Shown here: positions 38,001 through 48,399 of the stretch, piece by piece | Numbering within the stretch: position 1 is the stretch's first letter | How the letters are laid out: every line of letters begins with the position of its first letter | DNA from: a virus | Length of the DNA: 64,000 bases | IMG/VR virus record: IMGVR_UViG_3300045988_165032 | Strand: one strand, 5' to 3' | The notes under the pieces: model-generated | Database searches by the model: none | Seen by the model: only the letters and a program-made list of their open reading frames with translations | Told to the model about the DNA's origin: nothing | Made by a program: the position numbers and the translations under genes

Positions 38001-39690
38001 ATGCTGAACCTAAGAAGGTTTTATTTCCATTTCTAATATAATATACCGCACATTTATAAGTTTTATTTCGTGTAATAGAGCGTACATCTATATGAATAAT
38101 CTTATCTTTTTCTACTCTTGTTATTGTATTATATTTCTCTATAACAGCATTATATCTGTCTAATTCATCCTTTACAACTTCGTAATACTTTGTACCATCA
38201 CTAATAGCTTTTTCTAAATTTTTTTTATTCTTAACTGCCTTATTATATTCTTCATTTTCCGCGGTCGTCTCTTCAAGATTACTAAAACCGCCTATGCTAT
38301 CAACAGTAATCCAAGAGAATTCATAATTACCCGTATCTTTTATTTGTTCTCCATTCATTAAACAAGTTAAAGTAGGATAACCAACATCATAATAAAACTG
38401 CTCTCCTAAATCAGATACTAATGAAAATTGATAATTAGAATTATAATTTTTAATCACAATCTGTTTTTCTAAAGCACTCTCATCATAAATAACAACGCAT
38501 TTATATTTAGTCTCTTTCGCAATTACATCTTCAAAATAGACCTTGTACTCAGAATCAAGAGCTACATATTCTACTATTGCGGCTTCTCCATTTTCTTCAT
38601 TCGCGTCTTGAATAATATTATACTTATTTAAACATCTCCAGCCCTGACCGCCATACTTATGATAACCTAAACTTTTCGATGTAATATTAATATCTTCTAC
38701 AAACCAATAGAAAGGAAGTTTTTGAGAATTATTATCTATAACTTTTCCTTTGACTCTAACTTGAGCCTGTAACTTTTTATAATCATTTTTATTCGCATTT
38801 TTATTGAAAAAATTACCTTGCGGAGTTATGATACTTAAACTACAACCATTAATATCCTCCTCGCTAAGTTTTGCAACTCCATAAAATTGCAAATCTTCTA
38901 TAAAAATATCATCAATATAATTTTCCTTGCTATTCGGGAAATTATAACAGAATAATTTAATTTCTTTTATAGATTTGAAATTTATTCCATCTATATCAAA
39001 AATACCATATTGTTTAGTTGAATAAACTAGTTTATAAGGGTTACCTGTCATTTTATCCACATCTATAACATAATTTCTTGTTATAGTTTTATTAGTAGCA
39101 TTATCTAAAAAATCTAATGCAAAAATAATACCATAATTACCCCTACTTTGTTGCTCTGGCGGTAAAGATGTTCTTACTTTCATGCTACAAATTAAATTTG
39201 CAGATTGTTTTATATACTCTTCCGCAGATGCACTGTCTACTTTTATTAAATTCTTATTTGGAAAATCTCTGCTATATAAGATTTTCTCTTGTCCAACTTT
39301 TGAATATGAACTTAATCCAAAAGTAATAGATGAAGAAATACAGTTATTTCCAATAGGTTCATAACTCTCTTCTCCTTCTGAAGTAGCTATATAGTTAATA
39401 CCTAGTTTTTTCGTTGTACCTAAAATAGTCTTATCTTTTTTCATATCGTTACCAGGAATTAGTATATAGACATTAGAACCATCTGTATAAGTGGTATCAG
39501 AGTTTCCTGAGTACGCATAAAAAGTGCTATCTTGATACTTTACTTTGTATTTACCAATAGTAGCATCTACACATGAAAGAATTGTTGCTTGAATTGTTTT
39601 ATCATAGCTAGCTTGATTTACCGCTTTCTTTACAATAATATCAATAGCTTTGCAAATATTGCTTTCTATGTTATTACTCAACTTATACAC
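35077..39690 (-). CDS. Large tail protein (1537 aa) with C-terminal Gly-rich repeat module
   Basis: Follows the tape measure gene. Three copies of the motif N-x-x-G-Y-L-T-A-K-[SG]-G-x-I-G-G-W. Confidence 0.5.
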   Translation of the reverse strand: MYKLSNNIESNICKAIDIIVKKAVNQASYDKTIQATILSCVDATIGKYKVKYQDSTFYAYSGNSDTTYTDGSNVYILIPGNDMKKDKTILGTTKKLGINYIATSEGEESYEPIGNNCISSSITFGLSSYSKVGQEKILYSRDFPNKNLIKVDSASAEEYIKQSANLICSMKVRTSLPPEQQSRGNYGIIFALDFLDNATNKTITRNYVIDVDKMTGNPYKLVYSTKQYGIFDIDGINFKSIKEIKLFCYNFPNSKENYIDDIFIEDLQFYGVAKLSEEDINGCSLSIITPQGNFFNKNANKNDYKKLQAQVRVKGKVIDNNSQKLPFYWFVEDINITSKSLGYHKYGGQGWRCLNKYNIIQDANEENGEAAIVEYVALDSEYKVYFEDVIAKETKYKCVVIYDESALEKQIVIKNYNSNYQFSLVSDLGEQFYYDVGYPTLTCLMNGEQIKDTGNYEFSWITVDSIGGFSNLEETTAENEEYNKAVKNKKNLEKAISDGTKYYEVVKDELDRYNAVIEKYNTITRVEKDKIIHIDVRSITRNKTYKCAVYYIRNGNKTFLGSASITLTNSLGTEGSYTLVINNGIQTFKYNENGISPASKSLEKPIILQALTFTIYNNLGQPIDDEVAKHCKIKWIVPSKNTMLKISSDYNNVKKDEDLINNTTTYNNITTLTYGIEDKYSVNKVRNNIQLAVEYKEMNLIAETNFTFVKEGESGTNGTDIVCKIVPNVEDGKPIPVYPILTKSGATYSFNFEKKKNAESNFKIEIWKDGEIVFSGSTTSGNTTVVWSVLKNKYGLDYGNSSGTDYSFIQINAQNGNVTEAVTGKEPKEPLAWGRLGVANIIKATVKYDGVTYYVTMPIIVAEIYDYNYKVNLKDYTGFRYVIYNADGRKPKYDNATPFTLEVKKRMQEANGYVDISTNSKTNYTWDRKGSILEYHQSSGTNDSTCWEEKSSLHLIDISPENISINQHSYKPIDNYDGQCVNNGIVCTIKDENNNNKKVADIYIPVHLYLNRFNNAAINDWDGNSVNVNSNGGFILSPQVGAGIKDNSNAFTGIVMGKVQEANQNNIEVGLFGYNKGQRNIFLDAETGKAIFGVNNGGQIILDPSDGKAEIKSGNYKDGVGGMLIDLTTPEIKFGTGYFSVNSSGYLTAKGGGSIAGWNIGKNTLSKGSVILSSDNSEQTNKAFKVGNVFSVDYNGFLVAQQATIGSGTAKITVGMNQTKAYSAIYSGDKNGLQVKEKGFYLGTNGIGLGTTEKVKSKIVSKFQVDDEGNFYAASGCIGFGKDPLEITSNGLCKGKTTYNDNNEGVYLGSNGIGLGAKNFTVNAAGYLTAKSGKIGGWEISDSSLVGTEKKKDKEEKKITLNPATGINFNDLFTVNQNGYLTAKSGEIGGCTITGSGISGSTKGGASWSIQGDGTASFTNVLINGKSIISAGTQIGTEYDSNGNVSKQSDLPKYIGSQSGGALSSNLGNNDYVKNRASESDQYEVGWFLGIVQIDKISLDVKNKTASLWYKRMPFLSKGSVSSSDAHGLAFDYIGEK
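35525..36282 (-). repeat. Three degenerate copies of a ~57-nt repeat in-frame inside the 1537-aa tail gene (at about 35525-35585, 35688-35748 and 36222-36282)
   Basis: DNA copies encode SSGYLTAKGGGSIAGW, AAGYLTAKSGKIGGW and QNGYLTAKSGEIGGC. Confidence 0.6.
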
Positions 39691-39784
39691 TCCTTTTCTC
39701 TCTTTATATAAAATATAATTTTTTATTAAAGATTTTTAAATAAAAATGTCCAAAAAAAATAAGAGAGGTATAAACCTCTCTTAT

Positions 39785-42700
39785 CTAACGTTTAGTGTCA
39801 TATGCATGTTGACTTGCATAATTTACTAAATTTTTAAATGCCTCTTCAATTTCTCCAGAGTTTTGAACATTTGGGAAAGAAGCTTCTATTTGAACTTTCT
39901 GGTCAACAGTTAAATCCTGAGACGCGGAAATTCCGCTCAAAGAAGTAGTAGTCTTAGTTAACAATCCAACTAATCTATTCATCATAGATGCATTAATTGT
40001 ATCTAAAACACTATCTAAACTTCTAACAACATTCATAGCAGATAAGAAATTTTTAGTATCTTCTTTATTTAAGACTAACTCTTTCTGATGAAGAATACCA
40101 ACTTTTCCTTCATTTCCACTCCATGCTCCAGTATATCCACCAGTATCAAATTTCTTGATATCATCTTTTGTAAGCCATCCAAACGGACCATCGTTACTCT
40201 GAACATGAATAGGCTTTTTAGCTCCCTTTTCAATCTGAGTAATCGTACCAGGTTTATTCTGTCCAGCTCCTCTATTTCCTGAAGGTTCAGCTCCTTCAGA
40301 CGTATAATAATATCTTTTTCCTTTTAGTAATTTAACCTTATCTCCAACTTTAAATTTCTTACTACCTTCGTCCATGTCAACTGCACTTGCTGGAGTATCA
40401 GAAGGATCCGCTTTGACATCAACGATTGTATTCTTTCCTCCACCTTTATTACTTTTGTTATTCTTTTTATTATCTCCGCTTTTGCCATTTCCAGCAGCAT
40501 CTTTATCTGCTTCTTCTCTCGCTTCCTTATCCTTCTGTTGCTTTAATTTATTAGCTTCTGTAACCGCAGAAATAGCAGCTGCCGCAACACCTCTATAAGC
40601 TTCTTCTAGCTGTTTCACTTCTTGAAGTACATCTTGAACAGCTTCTAATTGAGCCTTGTATTTTTCAAGTAACTTATCATTTTCCTCAAGAAGTTCTTTA
40701 GCTTTTTGGATATTCATATCATATCCTTCAGCAATCTTGTTAAAATCTACCCCTGAACGCTCGCTTGTCTCACTCAAGTTATTTCTATAAGTAAGTAAAG
40801 CTTCATCTAGCTGTTTAAAGGCATTTTCACAAGTTGGAATAAAACCGCCTTCTCCCGCAAATTTATCAGCCATTTGCTGAACGCCTGAATTCCATTGCGG
40901 AATCATACTCTCCATTAAGATTCTCTTTTCCTCATCTGACATTCCTTGGAAGTTAGCTACATCGGTATTATATTTTTTAGCCAATTCTTGGAAAGTTGTA
41001 TCCTGGAGATTCTGCTTAACTTGCTCATTTTGTTCAACTAAGTTATTTATTATTTCGCCATATTGTTCTGCTAATAACTTTTTCTTTTCTTCTCTTTCTT
41101 CATCTGCAAGAGTGGTATCTGAATACAGTTCTAATAATTTCTGTTGGAACTCAGAATAAGTGCTATAGATTTCATCTAAATTACTCTTATACTTGTCTTT
41201 ATCCAAATTATAGAGAGAATTTTGAGCTTCTAATAGCTCTTGCTGTGCTTGAGCTATACTATCTTCATCAGAAACATATTGATAACTATAATTTCCTTGA
41301 GAATCACGTCTCAATCTCATTTTTGACTTATTTTTTTGAGCATCTTGTAAAGCAATTTCTTTTAAGGCTATTTCATATAACGCATTAGCACGATCTACAT
41401 CATATTGAGTTAACTTTTCTTTAGCTTTAAGCATTTCAATCTGCTCATTCATCAAGTTATTTAATTTCTTTTGAGCAGATAAGCTACTTGTATTATCAAT
41501 AGAATCTAAATACTTATTTTGAAGTTTTTGAATTTCAAAAGAAGAATTAATACTATCCAAATACATATCTGCATTTTTGTTAATTAAATCCCATTGATCT
41601 TTAACATAATCTAATCCGCTTCCGTTAGTTAATCTCTTGTTAATGTCTTCAAAGATTTTATTTATAGTATTTTTATATTCTTCAATAACTTCTTCAATAG
41701 AACTCTTAACTTTTGAGTTTAAATCAGTAACCGCTTTTTCATAATTAGCTTTATATTCTTTCCAAGCTTTGGAATCTTTTTCTTCGTTATCCATTCTCTG
41801 TTTCCAGAATTCTACTTGTTTTCTTGCAAAGTCTAAATTGTCATTATTATTTTTTCTTTGCATCTCATAATATTTAGCTAATTGAGAATAAGCTTTATCG
41901 CCATAGATTAAACCAATTACATCTTTATCATGGTCAATCAAATCAGATATAAATTCATATTGCTCTGATTGCTCATCTAGTTTTTCTTGAGCTTTATCTA
42001 TTGCACTTAGGTAAGTCTCTTCAATATCCTTTGATATTTGTGCATAGTTTTCTAACGCGGTCTCCGCATTTTTTTCATATTTCTCTAAGTCTTCATAAGC
42101 TTTAGCAAGATTATCTCCATAAATAGTTGATTTTCCACCAGCTTTCATAATTTCAATTTCACTCTTAGTTTTATTAAGCTGATCTGTTAAAGCTTGAATC
42201 TCACCTGTACCATCTGGCTTTACATATGAACTAAAATTAGATAGTAAAGCATTAACTTGACCCGAAAAATCGTCATCTTTTATACCATCAATAACTTTCT
42301 TTTTAAAAGCATTAAAATCTCTCTCTGCTTGAGCCGTATCAAGAGCTAAGTCAACTTTTAAGGTAAACTTCTTAATCCTTACTTCTGTAGCCTTATCTTC
42401 TGCCTCTTGCTGTTGCTTTTTTATTTCTTTTTCATCTGCTTTTAAGTCTTCATATTTGCTAAGAATCTTTTTAAAATTCTCATAATCCTTTTTAGCATCT
42501 TCAACCGTTTGCTTATATTTCTTTTGCTCTGCTTTGGACATGCCATTATATTTAGTAATCATTTTATTGACATTATCCAGCTTGGTTTTCATAATATTAA
42601 AATAATTGGTTATATTTCCATCTGCATCAAAAGTAACCCCTTCTTGTTTTAATGCAGATTTATATGCTCCTGACTGAATTTCGGCTACTTCTATCTTTTC

Positions 42701-45700
42701 ACCATAAGCTTTCTTTTGTTTTTCCAATAAGTCTAACTGCTCTTGAAGATTTTTAATTAATTCTTTACCTGTAAGCTTTTCTTGTTTTTTCTGTAAAGCA
42801 TCTAAATCTCTTGTGATATTTTTAATTTCAAGATCTATGTCGTGATATACTTCAGATTCATCTTGCAATAAATCTATTTTGTCAGCTTGTGCATCTGATG
42901 AAGAACCACCTTTTCCTCCGCTACCTTTTCCGCCTTTACTGCTCTTATCTTTCTCAAAAGGCGTTGAACCACCAGTCCCTGCTTTTGCACTTTCAAGAGC
43001 TAAATTAGAATTAGCTTCATTCTCACGAAGTCTTGACGCTAAAGCCTCCATTTCAGATATTGCTTTTGTATACTTATTTATTCTTATTTTAGCTTCATTA
43101 ATTTTATCTGCCGCAAACTCTTTTGTTGTTGTGGTTATATTGTTTTCAGCACCTTTAAACTTTGCGTCCAGAGTTTTTCCGGTAAAATTCTGTGACCAAC
43201 CTCCGCCAGAGAGACTATCTGGAGAAATGTATTCTCCTGCTACCTTTCCATTCATAGACGCGGATGCAGCTTTTCCCGCTTCTTGAGCAGCTCTCATAAC
43301 AGCCATAAAGTTAGTAACGACAGCACCTAAATTAGTCTTTGAGTTATTGGCTGCATCTTGAATACCCTGACTAAGGTTTTGATCCATATTGATAGAAGCA
43401 TCTTTTGCTATTCGAGCTAACTCATCGTAGTTTCCCGCCATAGCTTCTTTAACTGCTTTATCTGCATCAGATTCTTTAACACCTAAATCAACCAAATACT
43501 CAGTAAAAGATTTCTGTCCTCCCGCCATAGCTTCCAAAGCCTGAGAGTCCATATCTACTTTTCCTTGATATACAGATTGCCATAATTCTAACTCTGCCTC
43601 AGCCGCTTCTTTTTGTGCAGTTAAAATTTTAACCTGACTATCTATTCTAGATAAAGCGGTTGTTACATCTCCATGAAGAATAGATTGCTGTCCAGTTAAA
43701 GTTTCTTCAACTACACCTTGATTTAATTGAATTTGTCCATCTGCTAACACTTCCGCATTTTCCATAATTTCTGGAAAAACTTCTGCTAACTGTTTAGCAT
43801 CCTCAGACGCAACAACATATCCTTCACCAATCATCATTGCCGCTTCTCTAATCTTATCAGATTCACTTAAAATAGAATCACCGATACTTAAAATTTCTTC
43901 CGCACCAGCTAAATCAATTTTTAATTCCCAATCGGTATCCTCTATTTCTTTCTTTGTATCTGAAACAGCGTTTTGATATTCATTATATTTTTCTGTAACT
44001 GCTTCCAATTCAACTTGAGCATTACTAAGTTCATCTAGTTGTTCTTTACTAAGAGAACCTTCTTTCTCTCTTATATCCTCTAGCTGATTGATATGCATAG
44101 TTAATTCAGTTTTTCTATGTGCATATCCTTCTAATATTTTTTTATTAGAATCTAATTCCGCTTCTAATTTTTGTTTTTCTAACTCGATAACTTCAGTATA
44201 ATAATTAGAATCTGCTTCTCTTAAATCTTCTAAATATTCTATTTGTCCAAGAACGCCTCTAGCAGCAGCTTCTTCAAACTCTTGAGCCGCACTTACATTT
44301 TTATTATAAATGCCTGCGGTTTCCTCTAGCATCTGATTAAAAGTCTCTAAAGTAGCCTTTCCTTCTTTACTTTTACTTAATTTATCTAAGCTACCTTCGC
44401 TAGCTAATTGAGTAGAAATTTCACTAATTACAGATTTTTTATCTAATTCCTCTTGATACTGTTCTTGTTTTTTTGTTAATTCTTCAATTTCTTTTTTCTC
44501 TGTATTAGCCGCAATAGATGCCCCATCTTTAATATCATCATATTTAGCATCAATCTCATCAAGACTCTTTAATAAAATTTCTAAAGAAAGTCCTGTTTGA
44601 GTAGAGTATTCTTTTAAAGATTCAAAAGCATTACTACCTATAACATTTCGTAGCTTTTTACCATCATCCGCTAATAATACATCAATTCCGCCTTCTTTTT
44701 CTATCTCTGCTTTCATTTTATCAAAAGCTTCTTTATTTTCACTTAAAGCTTCACCGAAAGCTTGCTTAGTAGCAAAACCTAATGTATCTGTTTTTCTATA
44801 ATATTGTTCAACAATATTATAATAGTAGTCAACATATTTTGAACCAGCTTCTTCTAACAGAGGAATCTGTTTTAAAGCGTTATTATACGCGTCTGTTAAA
44901 CTTTTAGAAACTTCACCAGAAGAATTTTCCCATTTTTTATTTACTGAAGACAGAGTGAATTCTAAATTACTTACATAAGCCTTTAAAGCTTCTCTCTGGT
45001 CATAATTAATTCCAGTATTCTCTTTCGCTAATAGATCTCTAATTTCGGAAATAGAATATTCTGCTTGAGCTTTATATTCCTCATAAGCTTTCTCATCGCC
45101 TAGTTGAAACTTAGCAACAGAATCATCAAGAAGTATATCTTGAACTTTCCTTCCATTTCCAATATTTATTCCAGATACTTCTGCTAATTGGCTCCTATCT
45201 ACTGACGCGTCTACCGATGCTGTCTCAAGTTCTTTACCATATGCGTCTTTTTTTGCGGCTTGTTCTGCGGCTTCTACTGTTTTCTTTTCCTCAGCTTTTG
45301 CAACTTTCTTTCTTAGCTCAAGCTGTGTTGTCAACGCCGCATTTTGGGCTTCTAAGGTTTTTAGTTCCTCTTTTTGTGCAAGAGTAAGCTCATCTGGAGA
45401 AATTTGATATAATTCTTTTAATCTTTCTTGTGTTGTTTCTAACTTAGAATTTAATTCATCTACTTCCTGTTGAGCTTTTTCATACTCTTCAAATTGACTC
45501 TCTAAAGCTTCTTTTGCCTCTTTTGCACTTACCGTAAAATGATCTATAGCGAATACTACTAGTGCAATCGCACCTACTGCCGCCGCAGCCCAACCAATCC
45601 AAGAGGCTGAAAATAATGCTAAAAATGCTTCTCCTGCAGTCAAAGAAGAACTAGCTAAAGCTGGAATTGCATTTTGAGCCAAAGTTATAAGACCTGCTTG

Positions 45701-48316
45701 AAGTCCTTGAATCCCATTTATAAGAAGTGGTAAAGTAGAAAGCAAAACAGTAAATGATTGTCCTAATTTTTCTGTTATAGATAAAGAATCATCTGAAAAA
45801 ACATCCCATATTCCTTTTAAACTAACTATAGAAGAACCTATTTCTCCAATGGAGCCAGCAATATCTAAAGCTGATTGAATGACCGCGGTATTTCTTATGT
45901 CGTCTATAAAGCTTTTCCATGCAGAACGAGACTCTTCTAACTTTTCTTTTACTTGCTCTCCCGTTCCCGCAGCGACATCTTGAACGGTTTTCATAACCTT
46001 TTGTGCATCATTTACCGCCTGACTAGCATAGTCTTTACTTGCTTCTGTTACTTCTTTAAAAGCCTTACTTAATTCTGGATAAGTCGCAATTAATTCTCCT
46101 ACCGATTTTTCAGCATTTCCTGTGAGTTCACTATACTCTTTTAATTTCTTATTAAAATTTTCATAAGCACTTGCGACTTCTGGACTCGAAGAAATTATCT
46201 TTTTTACTTCATCACTATATTTTTTTACAGCGGTAGTTAAAGCTTCGTAAGAATTAGTTGCCTCTTCTTGATTTGAATTATTCTCAGAAACTTGTCTTTG
46301 ATTGAATACTGCTATAGTTAAAGCCCCAGTGTAATCAGCAACTTCTTTATTCAATCTTTTATACTGCTTCTGGGACTCATCTATTTGCTTCTGAATTTCT
46401 TTATATGTATCTGTACCTTTTGCTGTATCTTTCTTTCCTCTAAGACTATCTAAATCTAATTCTTTATTAGTTAAAGCTTTGTAAAGATTTTTCGCAGCTT
46501 CTTCATTTTCCTCTAACTGCTTTTTTTGGTTTTGTAAAGCATTTATTTGCTCAATAAAACCATTAGCAACATTCTGTTGTTCAATGGTAGCAATAGATCC
46601 TAAATCTATAATCTCTTGCTTCATATTTACCAATTCTTTAGTATCTTCGTCTAACGCAGATAACCCTTTATATCGTTGTAGAATATCTAACTGAGCACTA
46701 AATTGTTCAGCATTAGATTTTACATTCTTAAAATTGGCTATAGTTGTAGAAATACCACCTGCAATTTGTTTGCTAAATACTCTTACACCTAAAGATCCTA
46801 ATTCAGCAAGAACAGTCTTACCACCACCGATATTGTCAACTAATGTTGCAATTTTATCTACAACAAAAGTAATTCCGTCGACAACTTCATTAATGGCTTC
46901 TGGCTTTAATAAAGAATCATATAAATCTTCAAAAGTAGTTCTCATTCTTTGGATATGAGCTTCTGTTCTTTCAGAATAGATGTCCTGTTGTTCTTCAAGA
47001 GTTCCCAATGCATTTTTAGAAGTATCTAAAGCATCAGTATACATATCCCAGTTATCAAATAAAGCAATTAAGTTATTATACTGTCTCTTACCTGCGATTG
47101 CAACTGCTGCCGCTTGTCTTTGTTCGTCTGTCCAAGTACTCCACTTACCTGCTACTTCTTCAATAACATTTCCCATCTCTTTTAGATGACCATTCTCATC
47201 TAAGATGTCAATGCCCATTGTTTTCATCTTTCCAGAAACTTCACCAAGAGAAACTCCAAATTCATCAACACCATCAACAGCTAGATCACCCATACGAGCA
47301 TAAATTGTCTTTAGGGCTGTACCTACTGATTCTGGTGCTTGGCGGGTAACAGAAATAATAGTCGCAATCTGAGCATTTAATTGGTCAAAATCAACGCCCA
47401 TAGAACTTGCTGCGGAAGCTACTTTAGAAATAGCCATAGAAGATTCAGCTAAGTCTGACGCAGTTGTAGCTGCTACAGCCGCTAACTTGTCTACATATTT
47501 TTCATAAACGTCCATTCCTTCAGCCGCAGCTTCATTAGCTACTTTATAACCATTCCAAACCGCAGTTAAATATTCCGCAGCCTGTTCTGAGCTAATCTGA
47601 GATACATTCGCGGTTTTCTGAGTAATCTCAGCTTTAGCAAGAGCATCTTCATCTGTATCACCCTGTTGATAATAAATTAAAGCTCCTTCAGTTATGTCTC
47701 TTGTACTCGCGGATAGCTCTTGAGCGGTTTGACTCGCAGATTCCGCGAAATCACGCATTTCTTCCGCAGATTTGCCAGTTACAATTCTAATATTATTTAA
47801 TGAAGTATCTAATTTTTCAACATAATTAACTGCTTGTTGAACGTTATTAGTTAATGCATTCATGGCTCCAGATGCAATATTCCATTTAATAGTATTGGAT
47901 AGAGTTGTAGCCATATTCTCTAAGAAGCTATGAGTTTGTTTTAACTGCATATTAGTAGTTAAAATCTGAGTTGTCATATTTTTAAAAGCGGTTTGTCCTG
48001 CCGAACCCGCACTATTAAAATCATTGTAAATTTTATTTATATCTAAATTTTTTAATTCATTGTTAAATTTAGATACATTTAATGTTCCTAAATCCGCGTT
48101 AAAAGCTTTTTCTAACGCTTTTTGAACTTGGCTAGCAGATTCTTTTATTTGAGATAATCTGCTATTGGCTTCACTTAAATCCATTCCTTTATTTAAGCTC
48201 ATCAAATCACCAGAAGTCATTTTTTGAATTTCTTCTAATGCCTTCTTAATACTTGATAAACCGCTTTGATCTGTATTAAAGCCAACTGTAAAATCAATAC
48301 GATTTGTAGCCGCCAT
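39785..48316 (-). CDS. Tail tape measure protein (2843 aa)
   Basis: Very large alpha-helical coiled-coil-rich ORF with central hydrophobic segments. Lies between chaperone-like genes and distal tail genes. Lys-rich beta-type C-terminal domain. Confidence 0.75.
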   Translation of the reverse strand: MAATNRIDFTVGFNTDQSGLSSIKKALEEIQKMTSGDLMSLNKGMDLSEANSRLSQIKESASQVQKALEKAFNADLGTLNVSKFNNELKNLDINKIYNDFNSAGSAGQTAFKNMTTQILTTNMQLKQTHSFLENMATTLSNTIKWNIASGAMNALTNNVQQAVNYVEKLDTSLNNIRIVTGKSAEEMRDFAESASQTAQELSASTRDITEGALIYYQQGDTDEDALAKAEITQKTANVSQISSEQAAEYLTAVWNGYKVANEAAAEGMDVYEKYVDKLAAVAATTASDLAESSMAISKVASAASSMGVDFDQLNAQIATIISVTRQAPESVGTALKTIYARMGDLAVDGVDEFGVSLGEVSGKMKTMGIDILDENGHLKEMGNVIEEVAGKWSTWTDEQRQAAAVAIAGKRQYNNLIALFDNWDMYTDALDTSKNALGTLEEQQDIYSERTEAHIQRMRTTFEDLYDSLLKPEAINEVVDGITFVVDKIATLVDNIGGGKTVLAELGSLGVRVFSKQIAGGISTTIANFKNVKSNAEQFSAQLDILQRYKGLSALDEDTKELVNMKQEIIDLGSIATIEQQNVANGFIEQINALQNQKKQLEENEEAAKNLYKALTNKELDLDSLRGKKDTAKGTDTYKEIQKQIDESQKQYKRLNKEVADYTGALTIAVFNQRQVSENNSNQEEATNSYEALTTAVKKYSDEVKKIISSSPEVASAYENFNKKLKEYSELTGNAEKSVGELIATYPELSKAFKEVTEASKDYASQAVNDAQKVMKTVQDVAAGTGEQVKEKLEESRSAWKSFIDDIRNTAVIQSALDIAGSIGEIGSSIVSLKGIWDVFSDDSLSITEKLGQSFTVLLSTLPLLINGIQGLQAGLITLAQNAIPALASSSLTAGEAFLALFSASWIGWAAAAVGAIALVVFAIDHFTVSAKEAKEALESQFEEYEKAQQEVDELNSKLETTQERLKELYQISPDELTLAQKEELKTLEAQNAALTTQLELRKKVAKAEEKKTVEAAEQAAKKDAYGKELETASVDASVDRSQLAEVSGINIGNGRKVQDILLDDSVAKFQLGDEKAYEEYKAQAEYSISEIRDLLAKENTGINYDQREALKAYVSNLEFTLSSVNKKWENSSGEVSKSLTDAYNNALKQIPLLEEAGSKYVDYYYNIVEQYYRKTDTLGFATKQAFGEALSENKEAFDKMKAEIEKEGGIDVLLADDGKKLRNVIGSNAFESLKEYSTQTGLSLEILLKSLDEIDAKYDDIKDGASIAANTEKKEIEELTKKQEQYQEELDKKSVISEISTQLASEGSLDKLSKSKEGKATLETFNQMLEETAGIYNKNVSAAQEFEEAAARGVLGQIEYLEDLREADSNYYTEVIELEKQKLEAELDSNKKILEGYAHRKTELTMHINQLEDIREKEGSLSKEQLDELSNAQVELEAVTEKYNEYQNAVSDTKKEIEDTDWELKIDLAGAEEILSIGDSILSESDKIREAAMMIGEGYVVASEDAKQLAEVFPEIMENAEVLADGQIQLNQGVVEETLTGQQSILHGDVTTALSRIDSQVKILTAQKEAAEAELELWQSVYQGKVDMDSQALEAMAGGQKSFTEYLVDLGVKESDADKAVKEAMAGNYDELARIAKDASINMDQNLSQGIQDAANNSKTNLGAVVTNFMAVMRAAQEAGKAASASMNGKVAGEYISPDSLSGGGWSQNFTGKTLDAKFKGAENNITTTTKEFAADKINEAKIRINKYTKAISEMEALASRLRENEANSNLALESAKAGTGGSTPFEKDKSSKGGKGSGGKGGSSSDAQADKIDLLQDESEVYHDIDLEIKNITRDLDALQKKQEKLTGKELIKNLQEQLDLLEKQKKAYGEKIEVAEIQSGAYKSALKQEGVTFDADGNITNYFNIMKTKLDNVNKMITKYNGMSKAEQKKYKQTVEDAKKDYENFKKILSKYEDLKADEKEIKKQQQEAEDKATEVRIKKFTLKVDLALDTAQAERDFNAFKKKVIDGIKDDDFSGQVNALLSNFSSYVKPDGTGEIQALTDQLNKTKSEIEIMKAGGKSTIYGDNLAKAYEDLEKYEKNAETALENYAQISKDIEETYLSAIDKAQEKLDEQSEQYEFISDLIDHDKDVIGLIYGDKAYSQLAKYYEMQRKNNNDNLDFARKQVEFWKQRMDNEEKDSKAWKEYKANYEKAVTDLNSKVKSSIEEVIEEYKNTINKIFEDINKRLTNGSGLDYVKDQWDLINKNADMYLDSINSSFEIQKLQNKYLDSIDNTSSLSAQKKLNNLMNEQIEMLKAKEKLTQYDVDRANALYEIALKEIALQDAQKNKSKMRLRRDSQGNYSYQYVSDEDSIAQAQQELLEAQNSLYNLDKDKYKSNLDEIYSTYSEFQQKLLELYSDTTLADEEREEKKKLLAEQYGEIINNLVEQNEQVKQNLQDTTFQELAKKYNTDVANFQGMSDEEKRILMESMIPQWNSGVQQMADKFAGEGGFIPTCENAFKQLDEALLTYRNNLSETSERSGVDFNKIAEGYDMNIQKAKELLEENDKLLEKYKAQLEAVQDVLQEVKQLEEAYRGVAAAAISAVTEANKLKQQKDKEAREEADKDAAGNGKSGDNKKNNKSNKGGGKNTIVDVKADPSDTPASAVDMDEGSKKFKVGDKVKLLKGKRYYYTSEGAEPSGNRGAGQNKPGTITQIEKGAKKPIHVQSNDGPFGWLTKDDIKKFDTGGYTGAWSGNEGKVGILHQKELVLNKEDTKNFLSAMNVVRSLDSVLDTINASMMNRLVGLLTKTTTSLSGISASQDLTVDQKVQIEASFPNVQNSGEIEEAFKNLVNYASQHAYDTKR

Positions 48317-48399
48317 ATCCTTTTACCTCCTAAAATTACGCATAAAAAAATACCTTTACTACCATAATATGATAATAAAGGCATTTTTATTAATTTATT

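Noticed and set aside
35007-48316. Short opposite-strand ORFs inside the giant tail and tape measure genes (35007.., 35591.., 35799.., 39182.., 40088.., 40374.., 42879.., 46734.., 46980..)
   Set aside because: They are low-complexity translations of the antisense strand of long, confidently coding genes.
48317-48399. Translational frameshift site between the chaperone gene and the tape measure gene
   Set aside because: An 84-nt non-overlapping gap separates them, with no slippery sequence. The usual G/GT overlap arrangement is absent.
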